DNA from: Clostridiales bacterium PH28_bin88
Lineage (GTDB): Bacteria > Bacillota > PH28-bin88
NCBI GenBank assembly: GCA_000987045.1
Contig: LAKY01000064.1
Location: forward strand, 1,514 to 65,513
Reading direction: 5' to 3'
Length of the DNA: 64,000 nt
Part shown: piece after piece, positions 17,932 through 26,947 of the stretch
Position numbering within the stretch: position 1 is the first letter of the stretch
Layout of the letters: each line of letters begins with the position of its first letter
Made by a program: the position numbers and the translations under genes
Notes under the pieces: generated by a model
Told to the model about the DNA's origin: nothing
Seen by the model: only the letters and a program-made list of their open reading frames with translations
Databases searched by the model: none

Positions 17932-19692
17932 ATGCTGAAGAGAAAGAAGAAATCCAAGGAGACACAGCAAAAAGCCCCCAATGCAAAAAGAAGGGGGAAA
18001 CTAGCCACAAAATTGATCCTAAGTTTTCTGGTGCTGCTGGCTTTTACGGGCGTTATGGGGTTTTTAGGAATTCGGGCCACCAAACAGCTGGAATCTTCCT
18101 CGGAAGAGGTGACACAAACCTCGCTGCCCGTGGTGCAAAAGATCGGGGAACTGAGAGGATTAACCAGCGAGTACCGCTCAAACGTTTTGCGCCACCTGAT
18201 TGAATATAACCCGGTAGAAATGAGAAACTTGGAGGACGCCCTCGCCAAGGAGCAGGCCCAGATCGAGCAAATGATTGCGGAGTTTGCCGCCCTGATCTCC
18301 AGTGACGAGGCCCGGGAAACACTGCAAAAGGTGGTCGACACGTGGGCCCGCTACACGCAAGTGACCCAAAAGCTGATCGAAACCAGCCGCAATGCCGAAA
18401 CCAAGACCGACGCCCTTATAAGCAGCAGCCAGGAGAGATCGGGCTATAATTGGTTTTCCATGGCCATGGATGAACTGGTGCAGTTTAGCCTGGAACATGC
18501 CGCCAATACTACCAGCCGCAATAATGAAGTGGCGACCAGCGCCCGCAGATTCCTGCTGGTTTCAACCGGCGCAGCAGTAATCGCAGGTATGCTGCTGGCG
18601 CTGTGGCTCTCTATAACCATCTCGCGACCGCTTAAGGCGGTAACCGCGGCCGCCCAACAGGTAGCGGGCGGTGACCTGAGTATAAGCGAGACTAACATCA
18701 AAAGTAATGATGAGACAGCGGCCCTGGCCGAGGCGTTTAATACCATGGTTACCAACCTGCGGGCTCTCGCCCAGCAGGTGAAAAACACCGCGGAGATGGT
18801 GGCGGTTGCTTCCCAGCAATTGACCGGTAATGTGGTGGAAACGACCCGGGCAACCCAGGAGATTGCCGGTACTGTCGAACAGGTCTCCGCCGGGGCGGAA
18901 ACCCAGGCGGCCGAAACCGAACGAGCCAGGGACATTATTTCCGGCATCGCTCTTCGCGTTTCACAAGTGACCGCGGCCGCCGAGCGTGTGACCAGCGCGT
19001 CGTATGCCTCGGTGCGAGAAGCGGAGAACGGTAGCCAGGTAATCCAGAGGGCGGTGGAGCAGATGCAGGAACTCAAACGGGTGGCCGAGGAATCATCTGC
19101 TGTCGTTAATGATCTGGGTATCAAATCCCACGCGATTGGCAAGATCGTTGAAGTCATCACCGCCATTGCTGAGCAAACCAACTTGCTGGCCTTGAATGCC
19201 GCCATTGAATCTGCCAGGGCTGGGGAACAGGGGCGGGGTTTTGCGGTAGTGGCCGATGAGGTGAGAAAATTGGCTGAGGGCTCAGCGCAAGCGGCCAATG
19301 AGATCGCCCAGTTGGTAAGGGAAATCAACCAAAGTACCGGAAAGGCGGTAACCTCGATGGGCCAGCAGATCCAACAGGTGGACGCCGGAGCGCGAGCGGT
19401 CCAGCAAGCTGATGAGGCTTTTGCCCGGATTGTGGAAAGTTCCAAGCAGGCCAGGGCCATGACGGAGGAAATCGCCGTTTCCATCAAGCAAGTTGAGGAG
19501 GGCAGCCAGCAGGTAGTAACCATGGTGGAGCGGATCGCGGCGGTTACCGCTGAAACCGCTGCCGGCATGCAGGAGGTGGCAGCCTCTATCGAGGAACAAA
19601 CCGCCTCCATGGAGGAAATCGCGTCTTCGGCGGAACACATGTCCAATATGGCCAAGGAACTGGAGCAGGCCATGTCCCGCTTCATACTGTAA
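17932..19692 (+). CDS. Methyl-accepting chemotaxis protein (4HB sensor, HAMP, MA domain)
   Basis: 586 aa. Two TM segments, HAMP ([21 protein letters not shown]), and the conserved signalling hairpin [47 protein letters not shown]. Confidence 0.9.
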   Translation: MLKRKKKSKETQQKAPNAKRRGKLATKLILSFLVLLAFTGVMGFLGIRATKQLESSSEEVTQTSLPVVQKIGELRGLTSEYRSNVLRHLIEYNPVEMRNLEDALAKEQAQIEQMIAEFAALISSDEARETLQKVVDTWARYTQVTQKLIETSRNAETKTDALISSSQERSGYNWFSMAMDELVQFSLEHAANTTSRNNEVATSARRFLLVSTGAAVIAGMLLALWLSITISRPLKAVTAAAQQVAGGDLSISETNIKSNDETAALAEAFNTMVTNLRALAQQVKNTAEMVAVASQQLTGNVVETTRATQEIAGTVEQVSAGAETQAAETERARDIISGIALRVSQVTAAAERVTSASYASVREAENGSQVIQRAVEQMQELKRVAEESSAVVNDLGIKSHAIGKIVEVITAIAEQTNLLALNAAIESARAGEQGRGFAVVADEVRKLAEGSAQAANEIAQLVREINQSTGKAVTSMGQQIQQVDAGARAVQQADEAFARIVESSKQARAMTEEIAVSIKQVEEGSQQVVTMVERIAAVTAETAAGMQEVAASIEEQTASMEEIASSAEHMSNMAKELEQAMSRFIL

Positions 19693-19738
19693 GTTTTGAA
19701 AACGCACACTTGACCCGAGTTAAATCGTGTCACTATTT

Positions 19739-19772
19739 CAAGAACCTTCGAGCACTGTTTCGAAGGTTCTTG
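19739..19772 (+). terminator. Rho-independent terminator after the MCP gene
   Basis: CAAGAACCTTCGA-gcactgtt-TCGAAGGTTCTTG (13-bp stem) followed by aatttgttg. Confidence 0.65.
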
Positions 19773-19806
19773 AATTTGTTGTCTTCAAAGCAAAGGCCAC
19801 AGTGGC

Positions 19807-20046
19807 TTAGACCGGCCCAGGGCATGGGGAATCAGGCAATAACAGTTTCTTTATCTCCCAAATACCTGCAAATTGCACTTCTTCCCCAGATCTGAGTATA
19901 CCCTCACCGCCCTCACCGGGCCTGTAGTGAAAGAGAAAGAAGGCGTCTTCCCCGTTGACAGTGATTACAACCCGGCTGGTACTTTCACCTGCGGAACTGA
20001 TAAACTCTTCCCAGGCAATTCTAGCTACAGATTTGTCCCAAGGCAT
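19807..20046 (-). CDS. Hypothetical small protein
   Basis: ORF to 20118. I prefer the ATG at 20046 (MPWDKSVARIAWEEF...) because GGGAGG lies 7 nt upstream. No recognisable motif. Confidence 0.35.
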   Translation of the reverse strand: MPWDKSVARIAWEEFISSAGESTSRVVITVNGEDAFFLFHYRPGEGGEGILRSGEEVQFAGIWEIKKLLLPDSPCPGPV

Positions 20047-20147
20047 TGGTGAACCTCCCGGCCATCGCGTAAGCCCTAACCGAAACCGGTTCCGGCAATC
20101 CGGCGATAGTTCTCGCACACTAGAATGGCGAATGGCCTACCATTGAT

Positions 20148-20336
20148 TTACTGCCGTGCCTGCGGTAATAGCTTGTTCCGGTAGGAGCGGTCTGTGGTCA
20201 AGGCATCGTAGACATCTGCGATGGCCACGCAACGGGATAAAAGATCCAGCGCCCTGCCACCAATTCCCCTGGGGTAACCGCTCCCATCACAACGCTCGTG
20301 ATGGTTCAGTATGACCACAACCGGTACCAACCGCAT
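20148..20336 (-). pseudogene. C-terminal fragment of an HD-GYP domain protein
   Basis: The 62 aa contain HHERCDGSGYPRG and ADVYDALTTDRSYR (the GYP half of HD-GYP) but no HD half. It has its own GGAGGTGAG RBS, so it may still be translated. Confidence 0.6.
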
Positions 20337-20452
20337 GATCAGCTACTCACCTCCACTCCCGTACATTGATCGCTAAAATACTTCATTTGTTTCCCAGCAA
20401 CCCCAGCAGGTCATGATCTAACCGTCGATTTCGGCCATAATACCATGTATTT

Positions 20453-20479
20453 CCGGGATTGAACCGGTAACCTCCGCCT
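20453..20479. repeat. 27-bp direct repeat (26/27 identical to 35032..35058), tRNA variable-loop/T-arm derived
   Basis: ccgggattgaaccggtAacctccgcct versus ccgggattgaaccggtGacctccgcct. This copy lacks an acceptor stem and CCA, and abuts the pilB stop codon. Confidence 0.75.
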
Positions 20480-22139
20480 AAAAATCATTGGCGATCAACT
20501 GGATAACCTCCGCCACCGAGGTGATACCATCCAGGACCAACTCCCTGGCGTCTTTCTCCAGGGAAATCATCCCCTCTGCGCGGGCCGCTTGCCGGATCTC
20601 ATCCGGTCCGGCCTGCATTTCCACCAAGCGCCTGATGGCCGGCGTAACAGACATCACTTCGTGTACGCCCTTGCGGCCCCGGTACCCCGTATGGCGGCAG
20701 GAGGGGCATCCGCGCCCCCGCCGCAGCGGTGTCCCGGGGAGGAGATTAAGGACGCGTCCTTCGGGGAATTCATCTCCTGGAGTGTACCACTCACTGCACT
20801 CAGGACAAATTACCCGCACCAGCCGCTGGGAAACCACCCCGGTGACAGCGGCAGCGACCAGGTAGGGGTCCACACCCATCTCGATGAGCCTGGTCAAGGC
20901 GCCGGGCGCATCGCTGGTATGCAGGGTGGAAAACACCAGGTGGCCCGTAACGGCGGCCCGCACGGCCATGGCGGCGGTCTCCTGGTCGCGGATTTCCCCT
21001 ACCATAATAACGTTGGGATCCTGGCGCAAGAGCGCCCGCAACCCGCTCGAGAAGGTGAGCCCGGCCCGGGGATTGATGGCCGTCTGGCTGATGCCGGGCA
21101 GCAGGTATTCCACCGGGTCTTCCAGGGTGACGATATTCCGGCGGCGGTCGTTGATGTAATTGAGGGCCGCGTAAAGGGTGGTGGTTTTGCCGCTGCCTGT
21201 GGGCCCGGTCACCAGCACCAGCCCGTAGGGCCTGGAGATGAGCCTTTTAAAACGCTCCAGGTTACCGGGCGAGAAGCCCAGCTTATCCAGGTCCCACACA
21301 CCCTGGCGCGGATCCAGGACCCGGCAGTCCACCTTTTCCCCCCACACGGTAGGCATAGTAGCCACCCGCACGTCAACGGGGGCGCCGCCATTCAGTTTAA
21401 GCTGGATTCTCCCGTCCTGGGGCAGGCGGTGCTCGGCAATGTCCAGGCGGGCCATGACCTTGAGCCGGGTGATCACCGGTCCATGGTTGGCACGGGGGAG
21501 GGCCAGGTCGTCCTGGAGGATACCGTCGATCCGGAAGCGCACCTCCAGGGTTTTTTCCTGGGGGGTAATATGGATGTCGCTCGCCCCGGCCGCAATGGCC
21601 CGTTCCAGGATAGAATCCACCAGGCGGGCCACCGGTCCCTCGTCGGCAGCCGCTGGTTCCGCATCGGCCGTGGTCGCACCTGCCTCCGGCGCTGCCGGGA
21701 ACACCGCCGGGGTGCTGTAGTACTTGTCAATCGCCCGCCGGATTTCTCCCTGCAGGGCCAGGACGGGGCTGGCCATCAGGCCGGTGGAGACAAAAATTTC
21801 ATCCATCGCTGCCAGGTTTAAGGGATCCGCCGTGGCCACCACCAGGCGGTCGCCCTTTTTCTCCAGGGGCATGACCTGGTAGCGCCTGGCTACCTGGGAA
21901 GGCAAGAGGTCCAGGGCTTCCTCCGCCGGTTCTATTTCGGCCAGGGATACCCGCGTCACGCCCAGTTGTTCCTCGAGGAACCGCAGCAACTGTTCTTCGC
22001 TGATGAGCCCTTGCTGCTGCAGTATTTCCCCCAGGCGCTGGCCCGTCTGCTTCTGCTGCTGCAAGGCCCCTTGCAGGTCGGCGGCACTTAAAATATGCCG
22101 CTCAATGAGCATTTCCCCCAGGCGTCGCTGTTCCGGCAC
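20478..22139 (-). CDS. pilB: Type IV pilus assembly ATPase PilB (GspE family) with N-terminal MshEN-type domain
   Basis: ORF to 22169. The GTG at 22139 has AAGGAGGTG 7 nt upstream. Walker A GPTGSGKTT, Asp/His boxes, tetracysteine CPEC...CPSC. The N-terminus carries two 24-residue RLGxxL motifs. Confidence 0.9.
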   Translation of the reverse strand: MPEQRRLGEMLIERHILSAADLQGALQQQKQTGQRLGEILQQQGLISEEQLLRFLEEQLGVTRVSLAEIEPAEEALDLLPSQVARRYQVMPLEKKGDRLVVATADPLNLAAMDEIFVSTGLMASPVLALQGEIRRAIDKYYSTPAVFPAAPEAGATTADAEPAAADEGPVARLVDSILERAIAAGASDIHITPQEKTLEVRFRIDGILQDDLALPRANHGPVITRLKVMARLDIAEHRLPQDGRIQLKLNGGAPVDVRVATMPTVWGEKVDCRVLDPRQGVWDLDKLGFSPGNLERFKRLISRPYGLVLVTGPTGSGKTTTLYAALNYINDRRRNIVTLEDPVEYLLPGISQTAINPRAGLTFSSGLRALLRQDPNVIMVGEIRDQETAAMAVRAAVTGHLVFSTLHTSDAPGALTRLIEMGVDPYLVAAAVTGVVSQRLVRVICPECSEWYTPGDEFPEGRVLNLLPGTPLRRGRGCPSCRHTGYRGRKGVHEVMSVTPAIRRLVEMQAGPDEIRQAARAEGMISLEKDARELVLDGITSVAEVIQLIANDF

Positions 22140-22722
22140 CGGGGCGCACCTCCTTCGCCGTGGCCGCACCAGTCCAGCGGAAAAGGCTTAACTGCAATTG
22201 CTGGACCGTCGCCTGCCCGAAATCCAGGGTGGCTCCCTCCACCCGCACCAGCCGGGGAAAATTCTCCAGGCGGCGCAGTAAATCCAGGGCGGCGCTGCCG
22301 CTGCCCTCAAGGACAAAAACCGCCTTGCGGGTGAAATAGGTGGCGGTCTTTTCCTCCTGGCCGAAGCTAATCTGGAGAATTCGCAGGCCGCTGGCGGCGA
22401 CGGCCGCGGCCAGTTCGTCCACCAGGCTGTCCCACCCGGGTTCACGGCCGAAGTAGGCGTCCATGGCCGCGACCTGGGAAATGAGATCCGCAAGCGGGAC
22501 GGCCAGGTCATCGTTTTGTAACCTTAACTGATATTCTTCCACCTGCAACCTGGTGCTGGCAATGGCCGCGCGGGCTGCCCGCAGGGAACGGTATGGGGGT
22601 TCGATCAGGTAGTGCCAGCCCAGGTAAAAGAGCAGGGCTACCGCGGCGGCCGTCAACCACCAGGCCTGGCGCCTGGCCTCCTGTTTATCCCTGGCCGTCT
22701 TGGCCAGGTGCAGCTTGGGCAT
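22102..22722 (-). CDS. pilO: PilO-like pilus assembly protein
   Basis: One TM (WWLTAAAVALLFYLGW), then a coiled coil and an alpha/beta domain. It follows the pilM and pilN-like genes. Assignment is by position and architecture. Confidence 0.6.
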   Translation of the reverse strand: MPKLHLAKTARDKQEARRQAWWLTAAAVALLFYLGWHYLIEPPYRSLRAARAAIASTRLQVEEYQLRLQNDDLAVPLADLISQVAAMDAYFGREPGWDSLVDELAAAVAASGLRILQISFGQEEKTATYFTRKAVFVLEGSGSAALDLLRRLENFPRLVRVEGATLDFGQATVQQLQLSLFRWTGAATAKEVRPGAGTATPGGNAH

Positions 22723-23290
22723 TACCACTACCTCCCGCACTGGTGCCGGGCTGGATTTCTACAGTCAATTCCAGGTATTCACCCGGCATCCCGGCCTGCC
22801 CGTCCCTCCCGGCAGCCGTGATATCCAGTAATTTGTATTCCCGGAAAGGTGTCTCCCGGCCCAGGGAATGGAGAAAAGGGACCGCAGCCTTCAGGCCGGG
22901 AGCCGCCACCTTTACGGTAAGTCCCCCCTTCTGCAGAGTGATCCCGCGCAGCGCCACCCCTGTTCCTCCCGCCAGTTCCCGCAGCCGGGCCAGGTACGGG
23001 GACCAGGCCTGGCCCTTCAACTGAGCCACCAGTTCCTGGCGCTGGCGCAGGTCGGCGGCCAGCCTGGCATTGGCCATCCCCGCCTCCAGTTCTCCCCTGA
23101 GCGCCTGGTATGTGCCGGCCAGGGCTGCCTGCTCGGTTCTGGCTGCCGCCAGGTAGCGTAAGGTAATGTACCACCCCGCCGCCAGGATGACCACGGCCAC
23201 CAGGATTACCAGGATCTGCTCCCGGTAAGTTCGACAGGGGCTGGCAGGCAGCAGGTCGCGGTGGAAGAGGTTAAACTCGGGAACATTCAT
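22685..23290 (-). CDS. pilN: PilN-like pilus assembly protein
   Basis: 201 aa. N-terminal NLF motif, single TM (ILVILVAVVILAAGWYI), coiled coil. Immediately downstream of pilM. Confidence 0.6.
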   Translation of the reverse strand: MNVPEFNLFHRDLLPASPCRTYREQILVILVAVVILAAGWYITLRYLAAARTEQAALAGTYQALRGELEAGMANARLAADLRQRQELVAQLKGQAWSPYLARLRELAGGTGVALRGITLQKGGLTVKVAAPGLKAAVPFLHSLGRETPFREYKLLDITAAGRDGQAGMPGEYLELTVEIQPGTSAGGSGNAQAAPGQDGQG

Positions 23291-23294
23291 CCGC

Positions 23295-24197
23295 TCACCC
23301 CCGGCGCAGGACCAGGCCCAAGGCCGCGGCCCAGCGGGCGGCCAGTTCGGCCGCGGCGCCGGCTGGCAAGGAGGGAGCCAGTTCTACCCTCTCCACGGTG
23401 GTCAGGTGGGCCAGGGGACCTGCCAGTTGACTTTCCAGGGTGGCGCTGATTTCTGCCGGCAGCGGTATCCCGGTAACCAGCACCCGGATGGCACCGGTGC
23501 GATAAAACTCCTGGCGGCAAAACGCCAGGGAACGTCCCAATTCAGGGCCCACTCCCGGCCAGAAATCCGCCTCCTGGCCGGCGACGGCGTGATTGGCGGG
23601 TAAAAAACGGTGGAATCGCAGGATGCCGTCCAGGAAGAAACTGAACTGGGGTGACTCCCGGTGCAGGGAGAGGATGGCCGTCGCGCCACGGCCGTCGGAC
23701 TGGCGACTGGTGGCCGCCCTGAGCAGGCAATAAGGCTCAATATCAATCACCCGCGGCGTCAACCCCGCCAGTTGGAGGGCCAGCACCAGTTGCTGCAGGT
23801 TGGTACGCCTGGTGGCCACCGCCACAATCGCCCCCCCGGCACCGGGCGGCAATTGGTAATCTACCGCCAGGTCTTCCAGGGGGATGGGGACTTCGGCGGC
23901 CACCCTGTAGCTCACCGCCCTGGCAAGGTCACGGGGTTTGATGCCGGGCAGGCTGAAAGAACGTACAAAAAACTGCAACCCGCTCAGGCATACCGCCACC
24001 TTTTCCCGGTAAAACCGCGCCGGCAGCAAAGCTGCCTTCAGGGCCGCTCCCAGGTCGGCCGGGTCGCGGACGATGCCATTTTGCACCGCTCCCGCCGGGG
24101 TCGGGCAAGAGCCATAGGACTCTACCCGCCGCCGTTCTCCCTTTTGCTGCACCCGCACCCAGGTGCACTCCCGGCTGTCAACCACCAGGCCAATCAT
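23295..24197 (-). CDS. pilM: Type IV pilus assembly protein PilM (actin-like ATPase fold)
   Basis: 300 aa. MIGLVVDSRECTWVRV... N-terminus and IDIEPYCLLRA motif typical of PilM. Confidence 0.75.
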   Translation of the reverse strand: MIGLVVDSRECTWVRVQQKGERRRVESYGSCPTPAGAVQNGIVRDPADLGAALKAALLPARFYREKVAVCLSGLQFFVRSFSLPGIKPRDLARAVSYRVAAEVPIPLEDLAVDYQLPPGAGGAIVAVATRRTNLQQLVLALQLAGLTPRVIDIEPYCLLRAATSRQSDGRGATAILSLHRESPQFSFFLDGILRFHRFLPANHAVAGQEADFWPGVGPELGRSLAFCRQEFYRTGAIRVLVTGIPLPAEISATLESQLAGPLAHLTTVERVELAPSLPAGAAAELAARWAAALGLVLRRG

Positions 24198-24212
24198 GGT
24201 GCCTCCCCTTTC

Positions 24213-25514
24213 TTACTGCCCCGGCGGTTGGCTCTTCTCCGTCCAGCCTGCTACGGCCAGGGGCCCGGAACCTTCAAAATAAAGACCCGGGGTGATGCCG
24301 TTCACTATCCCGGCGTCGTAAATCCCCTGGAGGCCGCCGTGAAGGTCGATCGTCCGGGCCAGCATCGCTCCCCTGAACCGGCTCAAATTCAGGCCGCTGA
24401 TGGTGCCTCCCGCCACCCAGACGCCTTCGATGGTGCCGCCAAGGTTCGTCGCCTCGATATTACCCCCGGCCAGGACGGTCAGGCGCCGGGTGCCGGAGAA
24501 GGTAAGGTCGTGAAGTACGACATCTCCTGAAGCTACCAGGACCAGGCTGTTGCGCCAGATGGAATAAACCCGGGCGTTCCCCTCCACGAAGACCAGGCTA
24601 TCGCGGCCGGCAACAGTGTAGATGGTCTTGTTCCCTTGATAATAAGTACCGAAGTCCTTCGCCGCCTGCCGGTAATAATCCAGGTTCACCAGCGGCCGCG
24701 CCACCGTACCGGCTTCTTCCACTTGCAGGGGGGTAAATCCCCGGAAATCCCCGGGGTCGTTGCGATCCGTGCTGGCCGCCGCCACCCGGGGCGGGCCGCT
24801 GATGTCAGCCAGTCCGGTACCGGCTATGACCGTAGCCAGCGCCCGCAGGAAGTCGTTTTCCTCAATCAAGTGGCGCAAGGTGATGGTATTCCCGGCATGG
24901 ACGCGGCCTTCCAGGTCAATAAAGGAGGGGATATCAATTAACGGTGGCAGGGATACCTTGAGGCCCAGTCCCTCTACCGTGATGCTGTCCCCGGCAAGTA
25001 AAAGGTAACTGAGCGCCCCGGGCGTAAAACTCGGCTTGAATTCAGCGGCGATACTGAAGAGGGGCCGCCCGGCCACCAGGCCGGTGCTGGTAAGGCGAAA
25101 AACCCGGCTGCTGCCGTCCCACTGCCAGAAATCGTAACGGTACTCCCGGCCAGGGGCCACCTCCTGGGCGACTCCCAGGGGCGGTGTCCAGGCCACGTCC
25201 CGGCGCACCTCGGCCACCGCCCGCTCCAACCCGGCCTCGGCCAGGTAGCGCGCTACCAGCTTGTTTTCCGCCCGCTTCCCGGCCAGCCAGCGGTTGTTGG
25301 CCACCTGGAGCAGAGATACGGCTAAGACGGCCGTCAGGGCCAGGGCCGCCAGGGCCAGCACCAGGGCTGATCCCCGGTTATCCAGCACCGCGCTCCTGTG
25401 GCAGGAGGAGACGCGAACCCCGGAACTGCTGCCTGCCCGGTGATCCGGCGCCGCCGGGCCGCTGCGGCTGCCGGCGCGGTGATCATTCTCCCTGTCCTGG
25501 ATTTTTACGCCCAT
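24213..25514 (-). CDS. Large PilX-N-domain, minor-pilin-like protein with a repetitive beta-rich C-terminal region
   Basis: 433 aa. Hydrophobic segment GSALVLALAALALTAVLAVSLLQVANNRWL followed by ARYLAEAGLERAVAEV (PilX_N-like). The C-terminus has repetitive G/N/T-rich strands. Confidence 0.6.
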   Translation of the reverse strand: MGVKIQDRENDHRAGSRSGPAAPDHRAGSSSGVRVSSCHRSAVLDNRGSALVLALAALALTAVLAVSLLQVANNRWLAGKRAENKLVARYLAEAGLERAVAEVRRDVAWTPPLGVAQEVAPGREYRYDFWQWDGSSRVFRLTSTGLVAGRPLFSIAAEFKPSFTPGALSYLLLAGDSITVEGLGLKVSLPPLIDIPSFIDLEGRVHAGNTITLRHLIEENDFLRALATVIAGTGLADISGPPRVAAASTDRNDPGDFRGFTPLQVEEAGTVARPLVNLDYYRQAAKDFGTYYQGNKTIYTVAGRDSLVFVEGNARVYSIWRNSLVLVASGDVVLHDLTFSGTRRLTVLAGGNIEATNLGGTIEGVWVAGGTISGLNLSRFRGAMLARTIDLHGGLQGIYDAGIVNGITPGLYFEGSGPLAVAGWTEKSQPPGQ

Positions 25515-25551
25515 ATATTTACCCCGGCATTTCGCCGGGAATACCCTCCTT

Positions 25552-26004
25552 TTACCTGCGCCCGCCGGCGGTGGCGGTGATGGTCAGGGTGACCCCGCCT
25601 CGCCGGGCAGTGAGGTCCAGGCTGACGCTTCCCCCTGCTCCGGCCCTGAAACCCCCGGCCACCACGTTCTCCAGCCAGACCTCCCGGCCGCCGTCCCGCT
25701 GCGCCAGGAGTTGCATGGCCGCGTCACCAGCCGGGGCCAGGGTGAGGGTCACCGCCGGCCCGTTACCCTCCAGCACCAGGGTGCGGCCGCCGTCCCTTAC
25801 CGTCGCCTGCGGGTGTTGCCGCACCTCGCGTCCGAAACGGTCCAGGGCCAGGGCCAGCCGCTCCTGGAGGTAAATGTTGTCCATGCCGGTGGTAAAAGCG
25901 TTCAACCCCTGCCGGATCAGTCCTGCCAGGGGCATCAGGACGAGGGCCGTGATGGCCAGGGTGACCACCACCTCCAGCAGGGTAAAACCCGCCTGCCCCT
26001 TCAT
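25552..26004 (-). CDS. Prepilin-type N-terminal cleavage/methylation domain protein (minor pilin)
   Basis: MKGQAG|FTLLEVVVTLAITALVL is a class III signal peptide. Confidence 0.8.
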   Translation of the reverse strand: MKGQAGFTLLEVVVTLAITALVLMPLAGLIRQGLNAFTTGMDNIYLQERLALALDRFGREVRQHPQATVRDGGRTLVLEGNGPAVTLTLAPAGDAAMQLLAQRDGGREVWLENVVAGGFRAGAGGSVSLDLTARRGGVTLTITATAGGRR

Positions 26005-26555
26005 GGGAGATCCCCCCGCTTGGCGAGCAGGGTATCCAGGGTGAGGGACCGCACCCCGGAACGCCCCTGCCAGCTCACCGTCACCGCCAGCTTTAACAGG
26101 CTGGCCGGCGGTACCCGCGGCGGGTCACCCCCCGCCAGCCACTGGCCCTGAACCAGGCGGGTGAAGGGCCGCCCCTCCAGGTCGTGGGAGGTTTCTTCCA
26201 GGGTGAACACGCCGCTGCCGGCTGTCTCCGGGGGCTGGAGGTAGGGCCGGCCGTCCACCCGCAGGTCCAGCATGCCCTCCACCCCCAGGGCCTTCAGTTC
26301 CTCCAGGCGCCCCTGGGCCAGGCTGGCGGCCAGCAGGGAGTCCCGCGCCGCCCCGGTGAGGCGCAGGCCACTGCCAAAGACACCGCTCAGGGCCACCAGG
26401 CTTACCGCCATGATGGCCAGGGCCGCCAGGACCTCCAGGAGGCTGAAGCCGGCATCTGCCTGCGCCGGCCGTCGCCCGGGAGAGGTGCCCTTACCGCGGC
26501 CTGCGCCTGCCGCCGGGCTAAAACCCCTTGCCGCCGTAACGCCCATGCTACTCAT
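26001..26555 (-). CDS. Prepilin-type minor pilin (PilV-like); long leader
   Basis: ...QADAG|FSLLEVLAALAIMAVSLVAL. The stop overlaps the next start by 4 nt. Confidence 0.75.
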   Translation of the reverse strand: MSSMGVTAARGFSPAAGAGRGKGTSPGRRPAQADAGFSLLEVLAALAIMAVSLVALSGVFGSGLRLTGAARDSLLAASLAQGRLEELKALGVEGMLDLRVDGRPYLQPPETAGSGVFTLEETSHDLEGRPFTRLVQGQWLAGGDPPRVPPASLLKLAVTVSWQGRSGVRSLTLDTLLAKRGDLP

Positions 26556-26576
26556 CCCTGTCTCCCGGAAAGATGA

Positions 26577-26921
26577 TTAAGGTGTACCCGATACTTTACC
26601 ATCTGTTAGGGTATAAGTCCCGGTAGCCTTTATTTTGTCTGGAGTAGTACTGATATAAGAGGATAAATCGTCAATCCAATCTTCGCCACTACCGGTGGGA
26701 TAACTGCCCTTCTCAAAATAGTACCTTTCCACTGCCGCCTGCAGCATCTGGACATTGGCCTCGACTGTCTTACTTTTTGCGTCGCTCTGGGAGGTGGCAA
26801 TCCGCGGCACAATCAGGCCCGCCAGGATGCCGATCAAAGCGATGACCGCCAGCAGTTCCAGCAGGGTAAAACCTTTGTCATTGCCTAAAACCCTGCATTT
26901 CAAGAAACGCCGCATCTTCAT
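26577..26921 (-). CDS. pilA: Major type IV pilin candidate
   Basis: 114 aa. MKMRRFLKCRVLGNDKG|FTLLELLAVIALIGILAGLIVPR. It is the smallest pilin and sits next to pilC. The body of the gene is clearly more AT-rich than its neighbours. Confidence 0.8.
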   Translation of the reverse strand: MKMRRFLKCRVLGNDKGFTLLELLAVIALIGILAGLIVPRIATSQSDAKSKTVEANVQMLQAAVERYYFEKGSYPTGSGEDWIDDLSSYISTTPDKIKATGTYTLTDGKVSGTP

Positions 26922-26947
26922 TCAAATTCCTCCTTTCAGATTTCCCC

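Noticed and set aside
20441-20480. A second complete or half tRNA at the left repeat copy.
   Set aside because: Only the variable-loop/T-arm 27 nt match. The following bases (aaatacatggta on the tRNA strand) cannot form an acceptor stem or CCA, and no D-arm or anticodon arm lies upstream.
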